A DNA stretch of 64,000 bases from Brachionichthys hirsutus (Eukaryota). Below the pieces are notes generated by a model that did no database searches, was not told where the DNA came from, and was given only the letters and a program-made list of their open reading frames with translations. Each line of letters begins with the position of its first letter. Positions within the stretch are counted from its first letter, which is position 1. The DNA is taken from contig NC_090911.1 in assembly GCF_040956055.1 (NCBI RefSeq), forward strand, positions 1,524,830 to 1,588,829, written 5' to 3'. The translations under genes were made by a program, and so were the position numbers. This document shows positions 12,401 through 25,400 of this stretch, piece by piece.

Positions 12401-15400
12401 TCTTCGGGCGCTTGTGAACTATGTCTGCTGTGAGGTCATAGCTGGCCTTCAATCTAAAAGTTGCTTCACAGGAATCTGAAGCAAACGCCTGCCTGGGGTG
12501 TGTCAGAGACCAGGGAAACATAAAAACACACACAAAAAGTGTATTTTGAATGAATATGAAACCTTTAAGTTTTCAAAAAAACTCTTCCTGCTTTTCCTGG
12601 AAGCCTGTAATTTATTATATAATCTTGAAAATGCAAACACGATAAGATACGGTACTAAAGACTTTCCTTTTTAACAAAGCTTATAGTCAATCAATACAAT
12701 AATCAATATGCTGTCATAGGCCAGCGCTGGTGGCTTAACCTGCTGTGACACACTGAGCTCCTCCCTCTCTATCTGGTTATTCATGTTATAAATATATATC
12801 AGTAATCCCTGCAAAAACGCTGACCCATCCAAGTCAGCATTAAAGAAAATAAATCTGAGATTATACTGGATATGACTGCTGATCAGTTTCAAAGATTTAT
12901 GAGTGCCTTTTGAAAACTCTTAAACATTCTGGCAGACAACCTCTGGATAGAAATTATAATAATTTCATTACGCTGCCAGAAATGTTGCAGTCAAACAGGA
13001 AGAAGTAAGAACACACCTTTGTCTTGCTGCTCACAGACGGCTCGTCGTCATCCGAGGCCGCCAGCTTCTCATTCTGCAGAGAGAACACGAGTCCTTCTTT
13101 AAAGAGAATCGCACCCCTACGCTTCTCTGACCTACATCCAATCCAAACCGCCCTCACTTTGTTCGCATGTCGAAACGGATTCAGCTTCGTCATTGCCTCG
13201 GCAAATTTACTCTGAATTTGGAATAATACAGAAAGAAAAAAATGATCGACAACAACAACAAAAAACATTAAAACCGAAAGAGATTTGCATTTAAAACAAA
13301 AGTAAGCAAAAGTGTACCAACCTGCTTGTGACCCTCCCCGTTGTTTAACGCCTCCTCAGCGTCTGACGCAGACTTCTGAAGATTCAAACAAGATTTATCA
13401 TCAAATACAATCATTAGTAGATAGAGGTAAAAAAAAATTTTTTTTAGCAGATTATCTACCCATAATCCATAATTAAACTGGGATTTATTTTACACCCGAA
13501 CTCAGAGGACAACGTGTGTTCACCCCCCCCCCCCCCCCCCCCCTTCAGCTCCTGCTTCATGGTGTTAAGGAGGGATAGAAAAGTTTCTGTGAAATGTAGT
13601 AAAACATCATCATTTCTTTACTTTACGTAATTAGCGTATTCGTTCTTGACTCATCACCAAAAGTGTCGCTGGTGAGGTCACAACCAATGAATGGCATCAA
13701 GGTGAGCTGATAACACGCAGCACTGATCGATCATTAGAACACACCCCCTACCTGGCTTTCGACGTAGAATGTGCTCCTTGTTGCGCTGAAACCGTCCTGA
13801 AATAAATCAGCGAGAGAAAGATGCAGATTTTATTGATTTATTTTTGTCTTAAGAGACGTAATCAGGACCTCCTGGTGTTACATTTATGTATCCTGAACGT
13901 ACCTGCTTGGCTTTAAGCTTCTCTGTCGTCATGGCGATATCCTTTGAGCCTCCCGATTGTTCAGCCTTTGCTTTTTCCTGTAAAAACACACCACAACACA
14001 TCACCGATTTCAGAACACGACATTCTGACACGCTGGACGGACAAAGCAACTCCCCTGATACAGAGATCGATTGATCCGAGATGAATTTAAAGGATTCTTT
14101 AGGGCCTTCGGGACAGAAAACTGAAAGCAGCTAAAAGCTGACGCGTGTTTTGTTAATGTTCACAGCAAGTGAAGACGGATGAGCAGCAGAAGACTCGCCT
14201 TTGAAGGCTTCTCTGTGAGAGCGTCGCTGCTTGCAGCAGGTTTGTCTTCCGCAGACAAATCGTCCTACACAAAAAGGACAGAGACAGAATGCAAGACACA
14301 AAGATAAGTAAAGACAATGAAACATGCACTATTTGAGTAAAAGAAAACAAAAATCCATCCGATTAGCCTGCTTGATCCATGGAAATCAGATTCTTAGATT
14401 AGTGAAATGCCAAAAAAAAATACAAATGTTATAATCCCTTTATCTGGATCACCACCGAAATGCGATGGCATCTTTCCAGGATCACGTCGCCTCCTCTCCA
14501 GGTTCTGTGGAAATCTGCTGAGTAGTTTTCTTGGACCCGAGCCCAAGGTGAAGGCAGAGGTCAATATTAAAGGGTCCACGGAGAGCATTTTTATCTGATT
14601 ATCTTTTGACAAAGGAAGTAAAAATCTGCCGTCAACTCGGTAGCTATAATCCCATATTTTTCGTGACACCTTCTTGGATTCTACCAGAGCCCCTTGACAA
14701 CCAGCTCAACAAATGCATTGACAAATGTCACATCAGGACAGAAAAGATCTGAAAAAGGATTTCTATTTGCAGCCCGCCTTACCTGAGAAGGAGATTTCGT
14801 GACTTTCTTTCTGAACACACCGCTAAAGAATCCTCCTTTTTCCTGACACAATAACATGAAACCAGGACTGAAGTTATTGCTGCTTGTTATTTTTCATTAT
14901 GGGATGGCGTTGACAAAATGAACCTTGGCGCCGCCGCCGTTCTCTGTGAGATTGTCACTGCTGCCTGAGAGTTCGCTGTGTGCGGACAAATCGTCCTGGA
15001 GGTGAGACACAATGTCGGAAAAATCATTTCAACCTTGCTCTCGGATTTTATATCGATACAGTTTCAGGGCACGATCACACTGACCGATTAAAATATGACA
15101 TTAGCCTTACCTGAGATTGTGTCCTCAATCCACTGGGCTTTGGGGATTTTTTAAACATGCCACTGAAAATCCCTCCCGTCTCCTAAATCAAAAATTATAT
15201 GAAGATTATAGTCCAAAACAAAGGAACGAAGTTAATCAATCCTGCTCTTACAACCTCACCTTAGCATTGCTGTTCACGGACAGACTGTCAGTGCTGCCTG
15301 AGAGCTCGCCGGGTGCAGACAGGTCATCCTGGAGGTGATAAACATCTGCTGATATCATCGTCATCGTCATCATCATCATCATCATCTCTTCAGGTGTAAA

Positions 15401-17519
15401 GCATTCAGATGATTTCACCTGAGATTGCGTTCTCCCTCCAAAAGTCTTTTTAAACATCCCACTGATTATTCCTCCACTCTCCTGCGTCATGAAACACAAT
15501 AACTGCCATATGAAGCATTCTCCTTGAAATAGTGAAAAACATCAAAACACCGGCTTGTTTTATTGTTTAACTTAGTTAAATAATTGATGAGACTCACTTT
15601 TGCGGCATTTTTCTCAGCCGGCCCGTCGGTGCCCGGCGTGAACTCATTCTCCAGAAGATCCTAAACACATAATAATCATCCGTCAGCCATTGAGCGGGCC
15701 GTGGCGTTCTCCTGACAGGCAGCAGAGGATGGCGTTTCACCTGAGAAGGCCTCCGGACATGCCCCGGTTTAGGAGATCGCTTCAGTATTCCACCAAACAC
15801 ACCGGATCTCTCCTTCAGAGAAAAACAGGCTACGGTTTATTTCCACCGAGCGACAGCACAGACTTCGAACCAGAGCATCAGAGGCTGAACCGACCTTCGA
15901 TGCTTTATTGTCTGCGGCGTTCTCGCTGTTGGCGGACGGTCCAGGATTGTCAGAGCTGCCCTAGAAAACAGGAAAAATGTGGCATTTTTGATCTGCATGC
16001 TTCTATGAAACTATGGAGACACACGTTTTATATTATTTTCTGAGATGAACTGGTAAAAGATTTGCGTAAAGAAGCAGCACAGACACACAGGATGAGAAAA
16101 CGAATGGCCATAGAGAAACACACATTAAAACTAAATTGAGAAAACATGAAAGAGATTTTTTTGGGGTGTTTCTGTGATATTTGCATAACGTTCATCGGAT
16201 CACATTTAAGGCACAGGAACCACCAAATGGTTTTACCTGTGGCTTAAATGATAAATAAGGAAGTGAAACTGGTTGTTGATTTGTTGATAGACTTGACTAA
16301 TATGCTAAATTTCAGTTTAATATCGACAGTAAAGTCAGAAGTCCTCTCCCAACCTGGAGCTGATCCTCTTTGGCTGCTTTGGCCGTCTTCTTAAACATTC
16401 CTTTAAACACACCTCCTTTCTCCTGAAATGAGAAGATAAGACTAAATGATAGAAAAGAAAAAAGATGGGACAAACGTAAATAACTTAGAGAGCCTCACCG
16501 CGGTGCTGCCGTCCGTCAGACTGTCGCTGCTCTTTGAAAAGTCACTAGTGGCTGATAAACTGTTCTGTAGAGTTAAAACAGGCATAAATACATAAATCAT
16601 CAATCGGGTTTGCGTAGGCTAAATTCAAATGAGGAAAAATTCCTTTTTTCCGTTTCTGGTTATTCATTTTAAATGAGTCAGGCGTTTTAAAGATCAATAA
16701 TACCACCTCACCTGTGCGTGGACGGAGGGCTCTGCCGACTTGGAGGACTTTTTGAACATCCCACTGAATAATGACGGCTTTTGCTGAATCAGGAGTGGAA
16801 AACGTTTCACATTAAACTACAATAAACTAATTTATTGTTGAGTCGTGGAGAGGGGGTAGGTTTAAATAAGCTAAGGCTTCATCCTACTCCTTTTCGGACA
16901 TGCTGTTTGTATTATTATTGTTGTTTTGACATTGTTATTGTTAGTTTGACTATTATCATTGTTTTCGGTTTGTTTGTTTTCTATTTGTCTTTTTAAATTG
17001 CATGTTCGAAATAAAGCAATCAATCAATCAATTCACAGCAGAGAGAAAACGATCACTGGTGGATGGCTGGTTATTAACTCTTTCACCGCTGATGTTCTGG
17101 TTCTGGTTCTGCTCTGTAAAGTCAGCCTTTCATCCTGCTCATTGTTAGAAGTGGAGTCTATTCTGCTGGAGTATAAAGCCAGGACAACAGAAACTGTGTG
17201 GCATGACGTCAGCGGGTAAGGGGGGGGGGGGGCAGTAAACAACAGCCCCCACCTTTAGCCAACGTTGCGTTTAAACACAGACTGTAAACACTCACGTCAT
17301 CTGCTCCCTCACATTCCAGGTCCAGTTCCAGGTTTTCATACCGCTCCTGTCAAACAGCAGGAATCATTTCCACCGTCACTTTTTAACTTTTTCTTATTTT
17401 TCCACACATTAAGCGACAAACGAAACAATAAATACTGAAACGGTTTGTCCCGAGCAAAAACTACAAAGACGTGACAGCACGAACGCTAACGAGCCAAGTC
17501 AGCTACATAAACTCACCAT
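9345..17519 (-). CDS. Unassigned multi-exon gene (locus span). About 25 or more short exons encode a low-complexity K/S/E-rich protein with recurring GG(I/V/F)FSGMFKK and LQDDLSA..ELSGS motifs
   Basis: A chain of short minus-strand exons each shows a pyrimidine-tract/AG acceptor and a GT donor with compatible phases. Examples are 17296-17346 (ERYENLELDLECEGADD), 16712-16783, 16499-16564, 16354-16422, and approximate exons near 15595-15660, 15435-15480, 15290-15340, 14940-15000, 14190-14270, 13896-13970, 13745-13795, 13322-13380, 13140-13195, 13028-13084, 12195-12258, 11648-11712, 10785-10855, 9935-9985, 9575-9640 and 9420-9470. The ATG at 17517-17519 is the last codon of a mostly 5'UTR exon 1 (donor GTGAGT). 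A GC/CpG-rich putative promoter lies at 17.55-17.85 kb. The product is not recognised. Confidence 0.6.
16354..16422 (-). CDS. Unassigned gene exon (EKGGVFKGMFKKTAKAAKEDQLQ)
   Basis: It has a ttcatttcag acceptor and a GTTGGG donor. It is 69 nt and phase 0. It repeats the motif seen in the exons near 15435 and 16730. Confidence 0.6.
16499..16564 (-). CDS. Unassigned gene exon (NSLSATSDFSKSSDSLTDGSTA)
   Basis: It has a ctctacag acceptor and a GTGAGG donor. It is 66 nt and phase 0. Confidence 0.6.
16712..16783 (-). CDS. Unassigned gene exon (QKPSLFSGMFKKSSKSAEPSVHAQ)
   Basis: It has a ctgattcag acceptor and a GTGAGG donor. It is exactly 24 codons. Confidence 0.6.
17296..17346 (-). CDS. Unassigned gene exon 2 (ERYENLELDLECEGADD)
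   Basis: It has a tgtttgacag acceptor and a GTGAGT donor. It is 51 nt and phase 0, and follows the exon-1 ATG in frame. Confidence 0.55.
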
Positions 17520-17952
17520 CACCAGCTCGGCGTCAGCGCCCGTTTATTGTTTGGGTGTTGTTTGTTGTTTCGCCTCGGTGAGACGTTCCGGGCTCCCCGT
17601 CACGGTCGCTTCTTTTACCTCCCGGTGGTGAACCTAAAGCTCCTCCCGAAAACAAAGCTCCAGACTTCGGATATTAGCCGCTTGACCTGCGTGGGGTGTC
17701 ATGATACTCCACGGAACTTGTTCATCCAGTTTTCTTTCTTTTACCTGCAGGGCGTCGCCCAGAAGAGGGCGTGTCTGCCTCACTCACCTGGGAGTTTGAC
17801 ATCAGCCCAGTGCTGCTTTCAGGTGCTGCTTAGGAACGTCGGAAACGCTGACTAGTGGCGCGCACATTGAAAAAGTGACGCTATAAACCTTTATTTCACC
17901 GGGTAAGCCAATTGAGAATTAACTCTCTTTTTCCCAATAACGACCTGGACCT

Positions 17953-18105
17953 AAGGTGCATGTTTTGGGTGGTGGAAGGAAGCCAGAGAACCCGGAGAGA
18001 ACCCACGCAGACAGCATGCAAACTCCTCACATAAAGTTGGATTTGAACCTGCGACCTTCTTGCTGTGAGGCAACGGCACTAACCACTGCGCCACCGTGCT
18101 GCAAA
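17953..18105 (-). mobile_element. A copy of the same SINE family in reverse orientation
   Basis: Its reverse complement reads gcagcacggtggcgcagtggttagtgccgttgcctcacagcaag..ggttcaaatcc..tgtgaggagtttgcatg. Confidence 0.65.
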
Positions 18106-19325
18106 TCTAATCTAAATCTAAATAATCTAACTCTAAAGCACATTGAATGCAAATTCTCATTATCCTGAGTAGGACTTGGTTTCAGACGCTGGTTCCGTTT
18201 GTTCCGTCTTCAGTTTGTGAGACAGAGCCTGATGCCGTAGAGAAACATCTAAATCTAAAGCATCTGGTGATCCAGGCGGCGTCATCCATCGGGCTGGAGG
18301 AAAGTTTGCCTTAGAATGGTGCCACTTGCAACAGAGGTCAATTCTTAATTTGTTTCTGAAATACATGGCTTCAGGAGCGACAGACTGTTGTGTAGTCATA
18401 ACTCAGAATCATCTTTATTGATCAAATGTGTACACAAATAGATTTGGTTTCGCTCAAATCACTTCGACACAGGTGCAAGGATAATTTTTACCTTTTGATG
18501 CATGCACAATCAGGGAGGCATGGACAACTTAGGATAAAATAAAAAGAAGAACTGACAGTACTTTGGTCTGAGGCCACACTGAAATATTTATTTAATAGAA
18601 CATTGTCGCTTAAGTTACATGGAAATCAAATCACACGAATGTCAGACACGAAGGAGATTGAACAAATGTAGGACTATTCCCATAGAGATTAGTTTTCTGT
18701 TAGATTATACGACGCGGTTCAGTCCACTTCAGATTATATGGAGTTAGATGTGGCTTGTGTCAATAAAACCAAAGCACTGCAGTGCAGATAACAGATGTGA
18801 AAGCTGATAATCTGGATTCACCATCATCAGCCATTCATATCTCACAGCCACCTTTACTCAACTTTGCATGAAACCTGTATCAAGTTACAACTAACAATGA
18901 GATTACACATTTAAAGCACCATTCACAAGCAGCTGGATGAAATAAGGCCGTCTCCCCCAATCCAAAAGAAATAGTCCTAGTTAGATGCAAATCCTGTTTC
19001 TTTGAGACATCATACTGAATCTGTTGAAAAAGCAACCTTTTTTTTTCATTCCTGAAAAACATAAAAAGACGACAAAGTGCTGTTTTGAACAAACCTTTAA
19101 TGTCAAAGAAAAGACCTTCATGCTTCTTGTAGCCACATCTCTTGTTACTACTCTCACTTAACACAATTCAAACTAAAGAATTCAACAAACAAACTGATAT
19201 TTTTTTTAACTTTAATTTTTTTCCTGCTCATTTTGTCTGCAAGTTTCTACTGCTACTACAATCATTAGCATACATGTGCATTACCGTTTATATTGTCAGC
19301 TTCAACACAGCGATTAGTGTTTCTA

Positions 19326-19457
19326 TTAAATGCAGAGTTTCTCTTTCCATGAGAGGAAGTAGATGTTTCCCTGTTCATCACCACAAACCAGCTCAGTGGG
19401 CGTTTTAGGGTTCACTTCCAAATGCACGACAGGTGCGCCACACACAAACATGCCCAC
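19326..19457 (-). CDS. tep1: TEP1 terminal coding exon (VGMFVCGAPVVHLEVNPKTPTELVCGDEQGNIYFLSWKEKLCI, then TAA stop at 19326-19328)
   Basis: It has a tttctgtctgtgtccag acceptor and is 44 codons including the stop. Its C-terminus parallels human ..GLFRCEGS..AVGDVQGNVYFLNWE. Confidence 0.75.
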   Translation of the reverse strand: MGMFVCGAPVVHLEVNPKTPTELVCGDEQGNIYFLSWKEKLCI

Positions 19458-22400
19458 CTGGACACAGACAGAAAAAGATCGTCAGACCATTTACAGTGAA
19501 TCCTATGCCATTTGTTACCTTTACCAAGAGGCAGGTTAGCCACGTTCACCATGGCAAAGGTTCACATTCAACATGTAGATATGAAGCGGGATTGATTTTC
19601 TCATCTAATAATCAGCCGGAGAGGAAAGGACTGCAAACCCTAAATGTCAAACTGTTGTGTCGAGAATCTGCTGCACCTGTTTTTTGGTATTTCTGTCCCA
19701 GAGCTTCACCGTCCGGTCGTAGGAGCCCGAGATGATGACGTGGTCGGTGAGTCTCAGCACACTGATCCTGTCACTGTGGGCCTGTGGGATCACACATCGT
19801 CATTAAAACACACGCAACCGTCTCTGATGTCCCCTCAGCGTTGAACGATGAATTGATGCTGGAACTGGCAGTTAATCAGGTGTCTTTTGGTAATCATAAC
19901 TTAGTCAGCGATAGTTTGGGCTTCCCATTAAGTCCCGACCAACAGCCAGGATTATTTTGTCTTACAGGTTTTCTGCCGCTCCATGTAGAAGGTTCCGGTG
20001 GCCGGATAAACCACATGTTGCCCTTCACGTCTCCGCACACAATCAAATCTGAAAGAAGGCAAGACACCCTGGGTAGCCACAGGAAACACAAACTGGCAGT
20101 GCAGATGGCATTTCTAGCTGATGTTTATTACCCTCAAAACATGCACCTCTTTGGCCTCCTTCAAAACGGCCCTAAAAATACACCTTTTAGGGGGACAGAA
20201 ATGGAGATAGTCATCACGACTCTCTCCGGATCAAGCCCCCCCCCCCCCCCTTTTTTTTTGTCCACCTACGTTGCACATATTAATTGCCTTAGTAATTTAT
20301 TGTAATTTATGTAATTTATTGTCATTCATTGTCATTTTGCATCAGTGGTGTAATTTATTTTAGATTAATTGTTAGTTTGCATCGGTGGTGTAAAATCATT
20401 TTATTTTTGTTTTTCTAATGTTACGTTGCATCAATTGAGTTATTGAATATTGGTTTTATTTGTATTTGTATTGTTAAATTTGTATTGTTAATTGTGGATG
20501 ATTTATGTATGAAGGACTTTCAACGGAAACAAGACCGCAAGGGCTTTTTTGAAATGCTCCTCTTAGACAGGATGTTTGACTTTATCTGTACTGTAATACA
20601 TGCTACTGTGTGACTGTACTTGTACTCCAACATTCTATCTAATAAATATATTCATTCATTCATTCATTACCTCTGTTCAGAATTACAGCCGATATCATGC
20701 TTCCCTTTTTCTCCTCCTCGTCAGTCTCCAGTGCGACGGAGCTGAAAGCTGAAGTGAGGGGACTTTTTGGGCCCATGGTGAACTGAGGAACGAGACATCA
20801 GTAATGAGTGTGGAATAATACACCTGAATGACTTCCCTTCTGTCGGAATACAAGCACTGCAGACAAAGGAGCAATTATTGTAACCAATAAATGTCTACTA
20901 AACAAGGAAGAAATTATTGTTTTTACAAAAAGACAAGCAGTACATTATGAAATTAGCAAATATATTTAATTTCACTAAAAGAAATTGATGGTGTGTTTTG
21001 TTCTTGATATTTAGAAACTAACCAAGAAGCTGATTTGAATCTCTCCCTCTGCATCGCCAACCAGCCACATGCTTTTCTCATCATTAGGGATCAACCCCAA
21101 AATTCGGACTCTCAGCTCCAAACTGCAAAAACAGAGAAGAAGAAAGTCCGCTCACTGTGCAAGACAAAAGCTGGGAGTATTATATCTAGCTGAGCTAAAC
21201 TGTACAGCAAGAGACACTCGATAAACAAAGACTTAAATGTTAATTGCTGTGAACATTCAGAATCATTCTGGTCCACCGTACAGGCCTCCTGTAGAACAAG
21301 ATTCAAATTTATGTATAATGTGATCTGGTAATTTTAAGAAAATACCTGCTGACAGGATGGATTTTAAATGCTAGACAGTTCCAAAAACTGGTTATTGAAC
21401 GAATTTATATTTTAAATAAGTAATATTTATAGTAATCTGCCCTGAGCGAAGGGTTAAAATAACGCTATTCAGCCCCTGAGCATAAAACACAGGATGCAGC
21501 TTTACCTGGTCACACTCCTGCTCCAGAGGTCTTTCTCCTGGCAGTTGATGTCATATAATTTTCCACTGTGCGTCAAACCCATCAGGACTGAGCAGTAGTG
21601 GAGGCCGACCACTGGCTGCTTCACTTTGTAGCTGTTGACCTTCAGCAGGCTGGACGAGCAGGGACACGGGACAGGACAGCTTAGTGCCACCAATTAGACG
21701 GCGTATTTCATTCCTGGAACCTAAATATCAGGTCATGTTTGCAACTGAGAACTGGTTCTCAAAAGCAAATACAGCGATACACCTTGAGATGAGAGTATAA
21801 TTAGTTCCTGGACCGAGCCGGTAACTCCAGTTACTCGTACCTCAAATAAATTATTCCCATAGAAAATAACTGGAAAAGAAACACAGGCGTTTATTTTATT
21901 TGACATTTTGACTATTTGTTACTCTTGACTGAACAAAGGTTGAAAGTTTTTTGTGTTTTTTTACCTTGCAGTGCCGTCTTGTTGATTCCACACCAGCTTC
22001 CACACATTGATGTAAAGTTTCATGCAGCTGACAGCAAACTGGTTATCGGGCATGGAGCAGATAGCGGCGATGCTGCCGTCTGAAGCCTGACACACACACA
22101 CACACACACAATGTAATCACACAAGCATGAGGTGTTCAGAAAACAGACCTTTTTTCGGTGTGTCCTCACCTGCTTGTAGCCAATCACGGCGTTGTGCTTC
22201 CATAACTCGAGCAAACCAGATTCATAACCAGCGAGAAGCAGATCGTGTACGGGAGAGAAACAGAGGGCTGTGACTGAGCCTCTCTGAGTGGGGGAGCGCT
22301 CTGGAAAAGCAGCGCATGAACAAATGTTGGTCAGGATTTTTAGTCTGACCCCTGGAGATGAGCAGTTTCTCCTGCAAGTCAAATCAACTCTAAACTGTCC

Positions 22401-25400
22401 TTTTACTGTCCAGCCACCGGATGAGGTCTGCTTTTCTCACCAATGGTCACTGAGCATGAATAGCAGCGCACTTCAGAGACATTTCAGCTTTAATCATGCC
22501 TCTGAGGCTAAATGTTTAGGCTTCCCTGCCTTAATTACAGCACCGCTCAATGATTTCATCTAGACAAACAAAATGTATTTTTCTCTTTAGAAAACGCTGG
22601 ACATGTTTCATTATAAAGTGCTGAACATTTACAAGAACTGAAAACAAAAATAATAAGCAGCCCATAAACAAGGAAAACAAATTAGATATTTGCTAAAAAG
22701 ATCCTCAGATTAAAAGAAAACCCTGAAGACAATACTTTGAGTCATCGTGTCTTACCTCTTGTCAAAGTCCAGCATCGTAAGGAGCCGTCTTCGGAAACTG
22801 AAAGGAATTCTGGGAGCCCTTCTTTGCGAGCGACTCCACGTATCGCACCGCTGTGACCCTGGAAGGTGTTGAAGTGCTCCACCTTGAAGTAAAAATAAAT
22901 AAGAGAGGAAGATGGATAAATAAAGTGTGTGTGCATTCTTCTACAACAGCCCTGAGGAGGATACTCTGTGAACACAACAGGAAAATGATTCTAGTAGGAT
23001 GTAAATGCCTGACGAGCCTTTTCTTGTTTTACGTTGACTGACAGACCTGTAAGGGTTTCAGGAACTGCACTGTGCCATCATCGGAAGCAGTGACAACAGT
23101 CAATTCTCCTGGGTTCTCTCCTTCGATGTCATCTTAAAAACAATGGAAGGAATTAAAAAAGAATTGTTACAAAAATCTTACAAATCTGCCTCACTGGTTA
23201 TATGAAAAAGAGATGGAGAGTCAAAGACAACATGTGGAAGTAAAGGCATGTTTTGCACACGGCAAACCTTTCATCGGTAGGACTGAGCAGTAGTGGATGC
23301 GTCGCTTGTGTGCAGCAATGTGGCAAATTTCAACGCTCGCTTCCCAGGTCCAGACATGCAGCGACCCCTCTGCACAGCTGGCGACCACATACGGCCCCTG
23401 CATAGAGAAAATACCCCGATGAAACATTTTAACAGCCACAAACGCTAAAATAAACATTAATTTAGGGGTTCAGGAGAGACGAAAGCCACACATACTGCAT
23501 GTTTGCCGATAGAGTGATGTGTGACTGCTCACCTGAGAGCAGACAGATGTCAGAGGACTCCTCCAGGAGATTTCTTTGAGGTATCCTCCATCCTCCAGGT
23601 CCCAGACACAGAGCTTCCCATCATTCGAAGAGCTAACCTGGAAGGAAGATGAAAGGCTGGTGAAGAGCGCGTGACTCAGGATAGGACCACGACTCCACCG
23701 CCAACAGCGCCGAACACAAACGTTATGCAAATGTACCGCACAGGCTGGAGTCCAAACGCAGTCGGTGACCCAGTCTCTGTGAGCGTGAGGGAAGGACCTG
23801 GATTGAACGGCGGGAGAGACGCTCACATTCCACACCATCAGGGCCTGGAAGCAACACAGAGCCAGTCCGGCGTTCGTTGGGTTAGATAGCGACTCAACAT
23901 CTGGACCTTTACCATCACAGACACCAATTGTTTCATTTGCATGAACACAATGTACAGGCCACTGATGAAATCATTCTTAATTGGTGTGGATATTTACTTG
24001 CTCTTGTTATTGCATTGACCATTATCCCATCTAAGATTGATTATAGATAAATAAGACAGCCATGCTGTACTGCGTTTACATCAAAACCAAAATCCCGACT
24101 TTGTCACAACGCCAAAGTACAAACACGTCATACGTGATCTTTTCCACCAGAGAGCAGCTGGGCACCGTCAGGGCTGAAAGCCAGACAGGTGACTCCTCCA
24201 GTGTGGCCCCGGAGAAACACCTGAGGATCAATACAGGGCTCCCGGGCCAAATCACTCAGCAGCCACAGCGCGATGGTGCAGTCCTCTAATTCAGCATAAT
24301 GAAACAGTGATTAGCATCAAGTTCGCCTTTGTGAGAGACTGATGAAGCCTGTTACAAACCCAGTGAGGGTCTCGTTGTTACTTGACGCCACTTACCTGAA
24401 GCTGTGGCCAGGTAAGTGGCGTTTTGCGCCAACGCCAGGATGACGCCCGCTTGTGCACCAAACAGTCCCCACATGTTCAGGCCTCCCAGTATTCCCGCTT
24501 CTCCTTCATTCCTCTTCCAGACCCTGACGCGTTTGTCACTTCCTCCAGACAACAGCAGGTTTGGTTCGGTGTGGTCGTCGCCCAGGAAGACCCACAGCAG
24601 GCACAGGACGGACACGGTGAGGTGATCCGAGGCCCAGATCTTCTTTGCTACGGTTGAAATAAGTAGAACTGATCATGTTTATCGCATCAGTTGTGTGCAA
24701 AAACTTAATATAGAAGGGAGGAGACATGTGAAAGAAATTAGCATATTACTGGTACATGAATAGAATAATGTACAAAATAGTTGTTAGCCAATATTAGTAT
24801 GTATGGTTTGTATCAGCTTTATCTATAAGACATTGCCTAGTCCTGTTTGTAACTGCAATATAGAGGTTTTAATTGATGGACTGATGGCCGACTTTTAATT
24901 TATTGGCATCACTGCAGTCTTAGAAGTTAATTTGATCAACTCAAATGCAAATGAACTGATATTTATCAGAGAAGGGTTGGTCTGGTGAGTGCATAAACAC
25001 ACCGGAATCAATACTGAAGAGCTTGAGACCATCGCCATGGTAACCCACAGCAGCATAGTCTCCATCTACAGCCACGCACAAAGCAGCAGGCTCAGAGCTT
25101 GCAGACTTCCATTTCTTCAGAGGAGGCTCCAGCTCGCACTGGAAGACCAGAATAGAGAAAATGAGAAATGAACATTTTCATTTATGTGTCAACTTTTATT
25201 TAACAAACAGAAAATAAAGGCAAATCACGCAGTAAAGATGAATATCCAATAATGCAACGTGTTTAAAATAGCTAGGGAGCTTACGGCATCGCTTTTCAAA
25301 GCAGCAACTGAACGTCCCAGTCCAACTGACCAGAGATGGAGCTGTTTCACAAAAACACAAGTGATCACAGAAGAAAAAGGCAAAGGTTAATGCTGAAACA

